Below are positions 52,301 to 64,000 of a stretch of DNA of 64,000 nucleotides, piece after piece. The stretch is from Ptychomitrium polyphyllum (lineage: Eukaryota). Each line of letters starts with the position of its first letter. The stretch's first letter is position 1. Below the pieces are notes generated by a model. The model saw only the letters and a list, made by a program, of their open reading frames with translations. It ran no database searches and was not told where the DNA came from. A program made the position numbers and the translations under genes. The stretch lies in NCBI GenBank assembly GCA_973851085.1, contig OZ316775.1, positions 11,532,001 to 11,596,000 on the forward strand. Direction: 5' to 3'.

Positions 52301-53636
52301 TGGAAATATTTCTTTTCAACACACCGTTATTAAATTTTGGATGGAAAAAGTCTTAAAAGATATATGTGTATTAAAATAAGATTTAAACAATCTTTGCTAT
52401 CTTGGCATGAATCAAATGGTTTCAAAAGTTCATAATTTTTGGATGTTATATTTTGAATGAAAAAGAAACTACAAAGAAAAAAAAGCATTCTAAAAAAAAC
52501 TTTTTGAATTAAAATTAGAAAATAAATAAAACATATAGCTAAAATGGTAAAAGTATTACTGTTATAAACTGTTGTGCATGTCCACGGTGTTTATTAGATT
52601 TGAGTATGATTTATTAGAAAACATTTAGTAAAATTTCTTTACAATTTGGAAGTTATTTAATGTAATTGATATAAATTTTAAATAAAGTCTTATAAATTCT
52701 AATTCCAAGTAATATTTAGAAAGTAAATGAGATCTTCTTTACTGATGGATTATTAAAGGAATTTATGATTAATTTTAAAATGAGGCAATAAGGACCTAAA
52801 AAAATCACTTTTGGTTTGTAAATTTTTCAAGCAATTTATTGAGTATTCTGAACTAATTTTGGGATTTGAGTATTCTGAACTAATGAGAAAAATTTGGGAT
52901 TTTTTTTTGTAAAATCCTATATTAAAGCATTTGAAATTCGCAACACTAATACAGTCACTTTCAATCTGTTTAGAAAAATATTACACATTATTTTCATTTC
53001 CTAAATTTTTTTTTTAAAAATTATATATATTTTCGGTTAGAGTTGAGAAATAAAATTCAACATTATAAAAATTCATGTAAACTTTAAATTAAGCCTAGAA
53101 ATTGACCTTATAATCTTTTCACTAAAAACAAACATGAATCACAAGAGTATATTTGCTATACCAAGTTGATATTGTAAGAAATTTTATCAAACTTCTATTC
53201 CATTTGTAGATATTTTTACATGCTCAAAAATATCAAATGTATGACAACAACATTTATGGGCCAAATTATACAATATACAAATGCATGCATTTACTCCAAT
53301 TAAAATTCTACAAACTATTGATAAGTACTATACAAAGCTACAAATATGGAACTTTGAGTGAATCAAAAATAATAATCAAGTTCTTTTCAAAAAAAAAACC
53401 TTGACAAAGAAAAAGAACATTTTTAAAAATTTTAAATAGAATAGAAAGGACATATAATGGAGCTTCAAATATGATATGAGAGCAAAATAGAGAAAAAAAG
53501 AGAAAAAAGAAGTAATGAGAGAAGAAAGAAGACAAAAATGAAGAAAATAGTGTAGAAAAGATAAGATTCCGAGACATATATCATCTACAACCTTCTAAAT
53601 ACTTTTCAAACCTTCCATCAACCATTAAAACCTTTG

Positions 53637-54049
53637 ATCACAAACAAAGATTATGCAATATAGTTCTTACAATCTTTTAAGACCTTCTTGTATATTTGTA
53701 GTGACTTTTAGAATTCTTTTAATACTTCCATAGCCATTCCATTTCCTTGGAAAACTTCTTTGAAAGATTCCACCTTCTTAAAAAACTTATTAGAAAGATT
53801 CTATAGACTTCTAATCATTCTTAAGCTTTATAAGAAACTAATTTAGAAGTATTATAGGACATACAAGCATCATAGTATAAATAGAAGGCAAGACTAAGTA
53901 TACTTTAGTTTTGCCAATATAAGTTGTGGATTATATTGGATTGTGCCTTTATTTGGTCTTTGTATCAATTCCTGTTAATCAATAGCTCTTTAGAAGCTAA
54001 TTCTTGGAAGCTATTTTGTGTTTGCTTCTTATTTTTTGTGTCCCTAATA
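53637..54049 (+). mobile_element. Degenerate solo LTR of the local Gypsy/chromovirus family
   Basis: Aligns by eye to the reverse complements of 58051-58526 and 61070-61415. Contains TATAAATAGAAGGCAAGAC and ends tgtgtccctaata (cf. tgtgtctctaaca). Confidence 0.8.
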
Positions 54050-54681
54050 CCTTCTATTAATTTTCAAAACTTTTAATAACTTCTTGTAATCTTGTATGAA
54101 TGGTTTTTTATTAAAATATTCATTCTATAAATCAAAAGTTAAATAAGTTGCACTTTAATTTTACCAATACATATTTTAAGTAATGTTTTTGTGATGCTTT
54201 GTTTCCAGTCATTTAATTTTTTTAATATCAATACAAGTCTTTGGTTTTCTTTTGTAGACTAATCTCTTATTTGTCTTTAGATCTATTCTATTTTGTTTAT
54301 TAATTAAGAAAAGGAACAATAAAATTTTACAAATTACATTAAACAACATGCTTTATAAACCTTTGGATAGCTTTTAAGATTTTTTTAGTAATTGATAAGA
54401 ATCTTTTAATAAATTCTAGAAGCCTTCCAATAACTTCCAACAAAGCAACCTAAGATTAATTAAGTACAAAGTATTGTACTGTAAGCTTGTCAAAAAAACT
54501 TCCAAAACTTATAATTCTATTATATATAATAGTCAAGGTTGAAGAAATCTTTAGCCTTGTCAACACATTCTTGTATTCTAATTTGGACCTATTAGCCTTG
54601 TACCTTGCTATGATTCCTAACTCTTGACAAAAAAAACCTAAAAATTCCATATCCTTTCTTTTAATCTTCCATCTAAACAAC

Positions 54682-55810
54682 TATTAAAAACACAAAAAAC
54701 AAGAAAAAAACACAAAGTGGTTTCTAAGAATTAGCTTCCAAAAAATAAAAATTGATATAAGGACCAAAATAAGGGTACAATTCAAAATGAATCACAATTT
54801 GTGTTGGCAAGACTAAAGTATACCTTGTCATGCCTTTTATTTATACTATAATGCTTGTATTTTCAAAGCTTCTTCTAAAGAAGCTTTTAAAAAAGCTTAA
54901 ACATATTATAGAAGTCTATGGAAGCTTCTTAAGAAATATTCTAAGGAGGTGGAACCTTCTTAAGAAATTTTCTAATAACTGAAATGGCTATGGAAGCATT
55001 GATAATATTTTAATAAGATATTATAATATACCAAAAGATTCTAGAAGGTACTAAAGAGTATGTTTTTTTGATATTACTTCTACTTTTAGCAACTAGTCCT
55101 ACGAGAAGCTCTTGTTGTGACTTGTTTGTCATATTCCACAAAAGTAAAAAATAAAAAAAAACAATGTATTTTGCTTGTTATTCTTTGCCCATAAATTCAA
55201 TCAATCTATGCAAGAAACATTGGTGGCTACTAGCCAAGATTTTTGTTGTTGAATTATTCCAAGTCAGAATTTGATCTTGATTTAGTTCTTCAAAACATCC
55301 TCCAAACACAATCTTTGCTTTTCCAAAAAAGACTCTTCCAACTTTTAACAAGATAACTAAAACTTGAGCACTTGAATTAAGACTAGAGTGTGAAGGGCTA
55401 CATGCCAATATTTCTACACAAGGTAGCACTTGACATTGGACTGTTTTTCTCATTTTTCAGCTTAGATCCTCCAATATTAAAAGTTAATAATGTTGAGTTG
55501 ATTCAATAGATGCTGTCATTGAAGAATGCATGAACAATTGCTCTTTTACGCTTATCCATGATAATACAAAGATTTAACATACTAGCTAACATCTAGAGAT
55601 GATATGTCTTAGAAATATTAATATATACAATTGCAAGTTGGATATTGTTCTTTTTTTTTCTTATACTTATTTATAGAAATTCTTTTCTATAAAGCTAATA
55701 TCTAATAATTTATCATAACATGTCATCAATAACTTGATTTTTGAGGATATCTTTGATGTAATTTGCATATTTTGTTTGCTGCATTTGTCATATTCATTGA
55801 GGGTTTTCAT
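54682..55810 (-). mobile_element. 3' remnant of a chromovirus copy: chromodomain end, decayed extra ORF, PPT and 3' LTR (~54682-55073)
   Basis: Colinear with 61070-62150. For example 55741 ttgaggatatctttgatg matches ~62085, and ORF 55178-55453 is homologous to ORF 61497-61928. Confidence 0.8.
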
Positions 55811-55811
55811 T

Positions 55812-58800
55812 TTTGAGAAATACTTTGTATCTGCTTCTTGTTTCTTGTGTTTCTAACAATTTGGCAAGACCACTCTTCAACTTTATCAAAATTTAGGTTC
55901 TTTAAAGAAGATAGTGGATTATTCATCTTCTTTTAGAATCCCAAAGCATCTTAGAGGTTGCGGATTATCTTCTTTTAAGTTAACATCATAAAGTTGGTTT
56001 TTTCTTCTAAAACCAAGTATTATTTTTTTTAAAGAAGGATCAATCTTTCAAGGGATGTGGATTAACTTCCTTCAAAGGTATAAATAGTCTTCTTATCTTT
56101 GACAATTTGAAGTAATGGATAATGTGCTTGGAACATTAAAAAATAGGTTTGCAACTATTGCAAACCTTCAAGAGTTATTGAACACTTTTTGAATGGAATT
56201 TGCTTGCTTTAACACCACCAACAATTTAGAGCAGCACACTCAGCAAGCTAAAGAATCCAATGGCGATATATAAAGTTTATACCAATAGGTTGTTCAATTG
56301 CTTGATGCCAATATTGAAAGCAAAGGCTTATGTCAAAACCATGTAAAGCCAAAGATTAGCATGCTAGACAAGTTTGATGGATCAAGATGAAAGTTGAGAA
56401 GTTGTGTTCAACAAGTAAGGCTCTTTTTTAGTTTGCATCAATCTTGCTAACATGACGGTACTATTCAAGTGGAATTTGTAGCCATTCTTATATCAAACAC
56501 TATATTATCGTGGTTTGCACCATTATTAGAGAAGCAGTCACCATTATTGAACAACTTAGATGCTTTTATAGAAGCGTTGATATTTACTTTTGTAGACACT
56601 GACCAAGAGAGGGTGGCTAAAATAAAGATCCAAAGTTTACAATAAGGATAGTGCTTAGCTGCTACATATGCTGCAAAGTTTCAACAACTAGCTTGTGACC
56701 TTGATTGGAATGATAGGGCCTTGGTCACACGATTTTGATGAGGCTTAAAAAAGAATGTGAAGGACTTGCTACTCACAGTGCCAAAGGTTAAAACATTGGA
56801 CAAGTTCATCACTCAAGCAACAACATATGACAATACACAATTTGAGAGGCGCCAAGAACAACACTTGGAATAATGACTAGTACATTAAGATATGGCAAGT
56901 ACTTCTTCAAAAGTATTGAGAAGTCGGCAACAAAACTAAAACTTATGTAAATTGATGCTGCCTGGTTTAGACGTTTTTTTCCAGAAGAAAAAAAAAGGTA
57001 TTAAAGAAGAAACCTATGTTTATATTGTGGCAAGTTTAGATATAAAGTGCGTGATTTCTAAATGAAGCAATTTGCATTTAAGGTTCAAAGCAGAATGGTA
57101 GAGTAGAAAAATGAGGTTATCAAGTCACAATAGAGGCCATGCAATTGGGCACTACAAATAAACAACCATTAAATCAAGGTCTTTTATTACTTCCAACTCC
57201 TACTTCTTGTTTTATAATTTCTATTAAAATTAAATTATTTAGATGATGAAATAAGTAATGAAGCTCTTTTGGACATTGGTGCAAAGACATGCTTCATAGA
57301 TAAGGATTTTGCAATGAAACACCTCATGGTGCTTCTCAACAATAAACATCTTGCACCAATTGAAGTTATCAATAGACGATTTCTTGCATCTGGCAATGTT
57401 ATTGAAGAATTTCAACCATTGGAAGTTGTTTTAGAAGACCAAGTATCTAAGATTGTCTTCAATATCATCCAATGTCAAACAAATCCTTTTGTCTTGAGCC
57501 TTCTTTGATTTGAATTACATAATCTAGATATAAATTGGCATTCATGAAATATGGTTTCAAGAAAATCACATCAACGTATGAGAAATGTTGGACCATCATT
57601 TATTGGAGCTAAGGCATTCATGAGAGCGGTAAAAGATGAATCAATCTATGTCATTTATGCCACACCAATGTTTGGCTTTATAGTAGAGACTAACCAAAAA
57701 ATACCTCGTCAATTTCAAGGTTATAAAGACGTTTTTGAGAAGAAGAATGAGGACATATTATTAAAGCACCGGCCTTACCATTGTACCATTGAGTTGCAAG
57801 AAGGAGCCCAACTACTTTTTGAACCTATCTATAACCTATCACAAACTGGGTTAACTGCATTAAAAGAATATATTGATGAAAACCTTGAAAAAGGTTTCAT
57901 TCAACACTCTAAATCACTAGCTACAACATCCATTCTATTTGTAAAAAAAAAAGATGGATCATTACATATGTGCGTGGACTATCAAGGCTTCAATAAAGTA
58001 ACAAATAATAATTTCTATCCATTACTATTAATTTCAGAACTCCTACAACAACTTATGTTGCCAAGACGAAAGAATACCTTGTCTTGCCTCCTATTTATAC
58101 TATGAGGTTTGTATCTTTTAAGATACTTTTGAAGAAATTTATGCAAGGCTTCAACATGTTCTAGAAGTCTATAAAACCTTCCAAAAAAGTTTCCTTAGAT
58201 GTTGGAACCTTCCTTGGAAATTTCCTAAGGTGGTGGTATCTTCTTAGAATTTTTTTTAAAGAGCTAGAACCTTTCAAAGAAGTTTCTTGATGTAGTAGAA
58301 CCTTCTTAGGAAATTTCCTGAGGTGCTGACACATTCCGATGAAGTTTCTTAAGATGATAGAACCTTCTTAGGAAGTTTTTTGAGATAGTGGAATTTTCCT
58401 ATGAAATTTCCTAAAAACATAGAAATGGTTATGAAGAATTTGAAAGTATTCTAAGAAGCTACTATAATATACTAGAAGGTTTTAGAAAGTTCTAAAGACT
58501 ATGTTGTATGATCTATGTTTGTGACACCATGAACTCTTGGACGATTTTGTAGTCTTTTATTTGGATGACATTTTGATATATTCATAGAATGTATAAGATT
58601 ACAAATATAATGTGTGACTGGTCTTAGCAAAACTACGCTAGCAATGATTGTATGCCAAATTGAGGAAGTGCTTTTCTCATAAATCCTCGGTTGAATTTTT
58701 AGGCTACATCAGTTCCAAAGGAAGAATCCATATGGATGAAAAGAAAATAAACACTGTCATGGAATGGAATATCCCAAGATCAATTTGAGATGTTCAATTC

Positions 58801-61069
58801 TTTTTGGTATTTGCAAACTTCTATAGAATATTCATCAAAGACTATTCCAAGATTGCGGCACTACTGATACAATTTATGGAGGAGAAAAATTTACTTGGAA
58901 TGAAGAGACAGAAGAACATTTCAAGGTCTTAAAAAGTCATTCCCGTCAGTTCTGATTCTTATTCATTCAAATTCATCAAAGCCTTTCTATTTGGAAGTGT
59001 ATGCCTTAGATTTTGCGCTTGGTTTAATACTCTTACAATATAATGAAGATGGGAGACTCCACCCTATTGCCTTTTGTTCAAGGAAGTTCTCAGCGGCAAA
59101 AATCAACTATGATATACATGATAAGCAACTACTTGGAATTGTGGATGCGTTTGAGGAATAACAACACTTGTAGGAAGGATCTTAACATACCATCACAATA
59201 TATATACTATAAGAACTTAGAGTATTTTATGAGTGCGCGCGCTTTGAATCATCGTTAAGCAAAAGGAAGTATGTTGCTTTTTAGATTTAACTATTTCATT
59301 ATTTATTGACCTGGTAGCCTATGAGATAAGCCAAATTCCTTATTTTGAAGATCTTATTTAGCTCTACAACCTGTTAATGATATTTTAAATCAACAAAAGA
59401 CTATTTTATTGAAGCTACAAAATCTTCAATTAAAAGTAGCAATTATAACAATAGCATTCCATCTCGACAAAATTTAAAGGGCCTTGAAGAATGATGTCTT
59501 TGTTTCAAATATAAGGAAGTACTTCAAAGACTTCAAAGATCCTTCAAATAGCAATGAGGACTTTGAATTCCAAGAAGGCACACCTCATTATAAAAGACTT
59601 TTGTACCTACTTCCATGTCCTATGCAATTGAAGATGTTTTAAGCACATCATGCTATTCCAGTAGCAGGACATTTTGAATTCAATAAAACAATGGAGTTGA
59701 TTGCTAAAGACTATTAGTGGCTGCAAATGTGAAAATATGTGAAAGATATTGTTTAATCATGCAACACTTGTGCAAGAGCCAAGGTACCAAGACACCAACC
59801 TTATGGACTCTTTCATCTGTTTCAGTGCCAAAAGATCCATGGTTGTCATTGTCAGTGGATTTTATCAAAGATTTTTCAAACTCTGATTCAAAATATACTA
59901 TTTTAATAGTAGTTGATTGATTTATTAAGATTGCACATTTCATTCCATGTAATAAGATAGTAACAAGAAAAGAAACCGCCAAGTTATTCCTAAATAAAAT
60001 CTATTGCATATATGGATTATTAAATGATATTGTTCCCGATTGAGAGAGCAATTAATTTCCAGCTGTTAACCATGAAGATCAACCTTTCTTCAGCACACCA
60101 TCCGCAAACTAATGGTCAAACCAAATGTGTGAATCAAATTTTGGAGCAGTATCTTTGTTGTAACATAAACTACCAGCAAGCTAGCTGGCTGAACCTCTTG
60201 CCTTTGGCAGATTTTGCTTACAACAATACAATGCATTCATCAACAACTCAAAGTCCATTCTTTGCAAACTATGGCCATCATCCTTGGGCAGATCTATTTC
60301 AAGTGAAGCATGTTGGAAGTCCTGTAGCAGAGGATTTTACAATTCAACTTGCTAAAATCCATCAAGAAATTACCTTCCAGTTACAACAAGTTCAAGATCG
60401 TTACAAAACTTATGCAGATGATCAACAAAAGAACCATCTATAGTTCAAGGTTGGAGGTAGTATATGGCGTCTATGACAAAACATACAAAAAGAAGAGTGT
60501 TGAAGAAGCTGATCTACTAAAGGATGGAACCATTTGAAATTAGCAAGTAAATAAATTTGGTCAGTTATTGCTTCAAACTACTATTAACTATGCAAATTAT
60601 TCTACTGTTCCACATTTTGTTGTTGAAAATCTACAATAAGCCATGTATATTAGAGAGGATTGTCCATCCGTCTCCTCTGATGGAAATCAATAATGAAATG
60701 GAGTATGAAGTCAAAAGGATATTAGATTCAAGCATTAAGAATGGACATGTGGAGTACCTTACATATTAGAAAGGCTATGGCATGAATGACTAAACATGAG
60801 AACCTTTATTGAACGTAACAAATGCATTTCAGAAGGTTTCCAAATTTCATCAAGGATATCTTCAGAAACAAGATTAATAATGACGTATTATTAGTAGCCA
60901 TTAGCTTCATAAAGAATGTTTCTATAGACAAGTATAAGAATGGAGGAGAGATATTCAAACTTCCAATTGTATGCAACATTATTTCCAAGTCAGATCATCT
61001 CTAGATCCTAGTAAATATGTCAAGTCTTTGTATTATTATGAATATGCATGAAGAGCAGTCGGCCGTACC
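55812..61069 (+). mobile_element. Decayed Ty3/Gypsy chromovirus: 5' LTR stub ending 55858, gag, protease, RT, RNase H, integrase, chromodomain; interrupted at 61069
   Basis: gag KPKISMLDKFDGS (~56345); protease ALLDIGA (~57262); RT PIYNLS, FVKKKDGSLHMCVDY and YLDDILIYS (~58558); integrase PWLSLSVDFI and HHPQTNGQT; chromodomain EYEVKRILDS (~60701). Many stops and frameshifts. Confidence 0.93.
58051..58526 (-). mobile_element. Truncated LTR of the same family lying in reverse inside the RT domain; carries ~7 copies of a 31-bp repeat
   Basis: Minus strand starts TGTCACAAACATAG at 58526. Similar to the other LTRs. RT sequence resumes at 58527. Confidence 0.85.
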
Positions 61070-61415
61070 TGTTAGAGACACAAGAAACAAGTAGCAAAAA
61101 TGAAGTGTTTCCCAAGAATTTGCTTCCAAGAAGCTAATGATTAACAAGTACTTGATACAAAGACTAGAATAAGGCAGGATTCAAGATGATCTACAACTTG
61201 TGTTGGCAAGACTAAGGAATACCTTGTCTTGCTTTCTATTTGTACTATTATTTTTGTATCTCCTATGATACTTTTAAAGAAGCTTCTTACAAGTATTAAG
61301 AATGTTCTAGAAGTCTACAGAATCTTCCCAAGAGGTTTCCTAAGATGATGGAACTTTCCTAAGAAGTTTCCTCGGAAAGTTTCATAAGGTGGAGGAACTT
61401 TTGATGTCCGTAACA
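61070..61415 (-). repeat. 3' LTR (346 bp) with TGTTA...TAACA termini
   Basis: Minus strand begins TGTTACGGAC at 61415 and ends GTGTCTCTAACA at 61070. Confidence 0.88.
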
Positions 61416-61496
61416 TCACCTCCTTATTTAGCAAAGAGTCTTACAACAAACTGTTTCCTTGGCTTGCTTATTACATTTCTACAAATTCCAAATTTG

Positions 61497-61928
61497 TCAA
61501 AGGAGTGAAGCAACATACTCTGCTCGTTGTTCTTTGTTCACTAGTTCAACTAGTCCTTGCAAGAAGCGCCAATGGCCACCAACCAAGACTTCTGTTGTTG
61601 AAATGTCCCATCCCAAGATCTGATCTTCATTAAGTCTTTCAAAACATCCTCCAAACAAGATTTTGGGTCCTCCAGGAGTGACTCTTCCAATTTCTAACAA
61701 AATGACTAGAGCACGAGCATCTAAATCAAGACTGGAATATGAAGGGCGTCTAGCCAATACTTCTGCACGAGGTCGTACTCGACGTTGGGATGTCCCTTTC
61801 ATATCTTGACTTAGATCCTCCATTACCGAGGGCTGTGAAAGTTGAGTTGGCTCAACACATGCTGTTCTTGATGAAGGCATGGCCGACTGCTCTTCACGCA
61901 TATCCATGATAACACAAAGATTTGACAT
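61497..61928 (-). CDS. Extra 143-aa retrotransposon ORF between pol and the PPT, unknown function
   Basis: Intact ATG-started ORF. A homologous frame is present at 55178-55453(-) and a homologous start at 61017(+). A TATAAG box lies upstream in all three copies. Confidence 0.55.
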   Translation of the reverse strand: MSNLCVIMDMREEQSAMPSSRTACVEPTQLSQPSVMEDLSQDMKGTSQRRVRPRAEVLARRPSYSSLDLDARALVILLEIGRVTPGGPKILFGGCFERLNEDQILGWDISTTEVLVGGHWRFLQGLVELVNKEQRAEYVASLL

Positions 61929-64000
61929 ACTGGCTAGGATCTGGAAATGATCTATCTTGGAAATAATACTGCATACAATTGGAAGTTTGAATATCTCTCC
62001 TCCCTTCTTATACTAGTCTATGAAGGAAAAACTTCTTTGTGAAGCTAATGGCCGCTGATGACACATCATCACTGACCTGGTTTCTGAGGATATCTTTGAT
62101 GAAATTTGCGTATCTTCTCGGATGCATTTGTTACATTCGTTGAAGGTTCCCATGTTTGGTCATTGATGCCATATCCTTGCCAATGTATAAGGTACTCCAC
62201 AAGTCCATTCTTGATGCGTGAATCTAAGATCTCTTCCATTTCATATTGAATTTCATTATTGATTTCCAGCGGAAGAAGTTGAAGAACAATTTTCTCTAGT
62301 ATACATGATTTGTTATAGGTTTCCAACAACGATACGTGGAACACTGGATGAATTTGCATGCTTAGTGGTAGCTTTAGGCGATAACTAACCGGATTTATTT
62401 GTTTGCTGATTTCAAACGGTTCCAGCTTTTGATAGTTCAACTTCTTTGATGGTCTTTTTGTCAGTATATTTTGTCATAGGATCCATACGCTATCTCCAAC
62501 CTTGAACTTTGGATGGTCCTTTTGATGGCGATCTGCATAAGTTTTGTAACGATCTTGAGCTTGTTGTAACTGGAAGGTAATTTCTTGATAGATTTTAGCA
62601 AGTTGAATTGTAAAATCCTCTGCTGTAGGACTTCCAACATGCTTCACTTGAAATAGATATGCTCGAAGATGATGACCATAGTTTGCAAAGAATGGACTTT
62701 GAGTTATTAAAGAATGCACCGTATTGTTATAAGCAAATTCTGCCAAAGGCAAGAGGTCCATCCAATTGTCTTGCTGGTAGTTTATGCTACAACAAAGGTA
62801 CAACTCCAAAATTTGATTCACACGTTCGGTTTGGCCATCAGTTTGCGGATGGTGGGTTGAAGAAAGATTGATCTTTACACGCAACAATTGGAATAGAGCC
62901 CTCCCAAAATTTGGAAATGAACTATGGCCTCCAATCAGATACAATATCATCTGGTAGTCCATGTATGTGGTAGACGTGATTTAGGAACAATTTGGCAGTT
63001 TCTTCTCCCATTACCGTCTTGTTGCATGGAATGAAATATGCCATTTTGGTAAATTGATCCACCACTACCAAAATAGAATTCTTAGAATCAGAGTTTGGAA
63101 GGTCTGTGATAAAATCCATTGATAAAGACAACCATGGGCCTTTTGGCACTGGAAATGGGTGGAGGAGACCATGAGGTTGGTACTTTGGTACCTTGGCTCT
63201 TGCACAAGTGTCGCATGATCGAATAAAGTCCTTTACGTACTTCCACATTTGTGGCCACCAATAGTCTCTAGCAATCAATTCTATTGTTTTATTGAATCCA
63301 AAATGTCCTGCTGCTGCAAAATCATGACATGCTTGAAGGATCTTCAACCGCAAAGGGCCTGGAGGTAGGTACAAAAGTCCTTTATAATAATGTAGGCTCT
63401 CTTAGAATTCAAAGTTCTCATTGCTATTTGAAGGACCTCCATTGTCTTTGAGGCGCTTCTTTATATTTAAAACAAAGACGTCATTCTTCAAAGCCTTTCG
63501 AATTTCGTCAAAATGGGATGTTGTGGTAATAATGGCTGTTTTCAATTGAAGATTCTCTGGCTTCAATATAATAGTCCTTTGTTGATTCAAAACATCATCT
63601 CTTGGATGAAGAGCTAAATAAGATCTTTGAGATAAGGCATCTGGCTTACCTTGCAAGCTACCAGATCGATAGGTAATGACAAAGTTAAATCTGGAAAGCG
63701 ACATACTCCACTTTGCTTGACAGCGATTCAAAACGCGCGCACTCATGAAATATTTTAAATTCTTATAGTCTGTGTATATCGTGATGGTATGTTCAGCTCC
63801 GTCCGATAAATGTTGCCATTCTTCAAACGCATCTACAATTGCAAGTAGTTCTTTATCATGTATATCATAGTTGATCTCTGCCGCTGAGAACTTCCTTGAA
63901 CGAAAGGCAAGAGGGTGAAGTCTCCCGTCTTTATCATATTATGAGAATATTGAGCCAAGCGCAAAATCTGAGGCATCCGCTTCCAAATAAAAGGCTTTGA

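Larger units (their letters stand above)
61070..64000 (-). mobile_element. Younger chromovirus copy, 3' half: RNase H, integrase, chromodomain, extra ORF, PPT, 3' LTR; continues past window end
   Basis: Motifs EADASDFALG, ACHDFAAAGHFG...CDTCARAK, PWLSLSMDFITDLP, HPQTDGQTER, IHPVFHVSLL and YLIHWQGY...TWEP. PPT AAATAAGGAGGTGA lies directly before the LTR. Confidence 0.95.

Noticed and set aside
58187..58410. 31-bp repeats resembling a CRISPR array
   Set aside because: Head-to-tail degenerate units with no unique spacers, located inside an LTR in a eukaryotic context, and no cas genes.

Overview
Eukaryotic, intron-rich land-plant DNA, most consistent with a moss (Physcomitrium-like; inferred from gene content, intron style and chromovirus type, not proven). 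The first ~49 kb is gene-dense. In order: FANCD2 (-, runs off the left edge) head-to-head with CUL4 (+); a 101-aa single-TM protein; a ~800-aa putative plastid coiled-coil protein ending in a CBM25-like starch-binding domain that is only visible after splicing; PBCP-type PP2C; an intronless PAM71/GDT1 transporter; a very large BTB-NPH3 gene (-) frameshifted by a perfect 62-bp tandem duplication; and a TMEM144-like transporter (-). After an AT-rich spacer, 53.6-64 kb is a nest of five pieces of one Ty3/Gypsy chromovirus family. This family shows a Tf1-type self-priming signature instead of a tRNA primer-binding site, an extra ORF with its own TATA-like box between pol and the 3' LTR, and a variable 31-bp LTR tandem array. 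Exon boundaries were derived by hand from GT/AG sites and frame continuity; no database searches were run.
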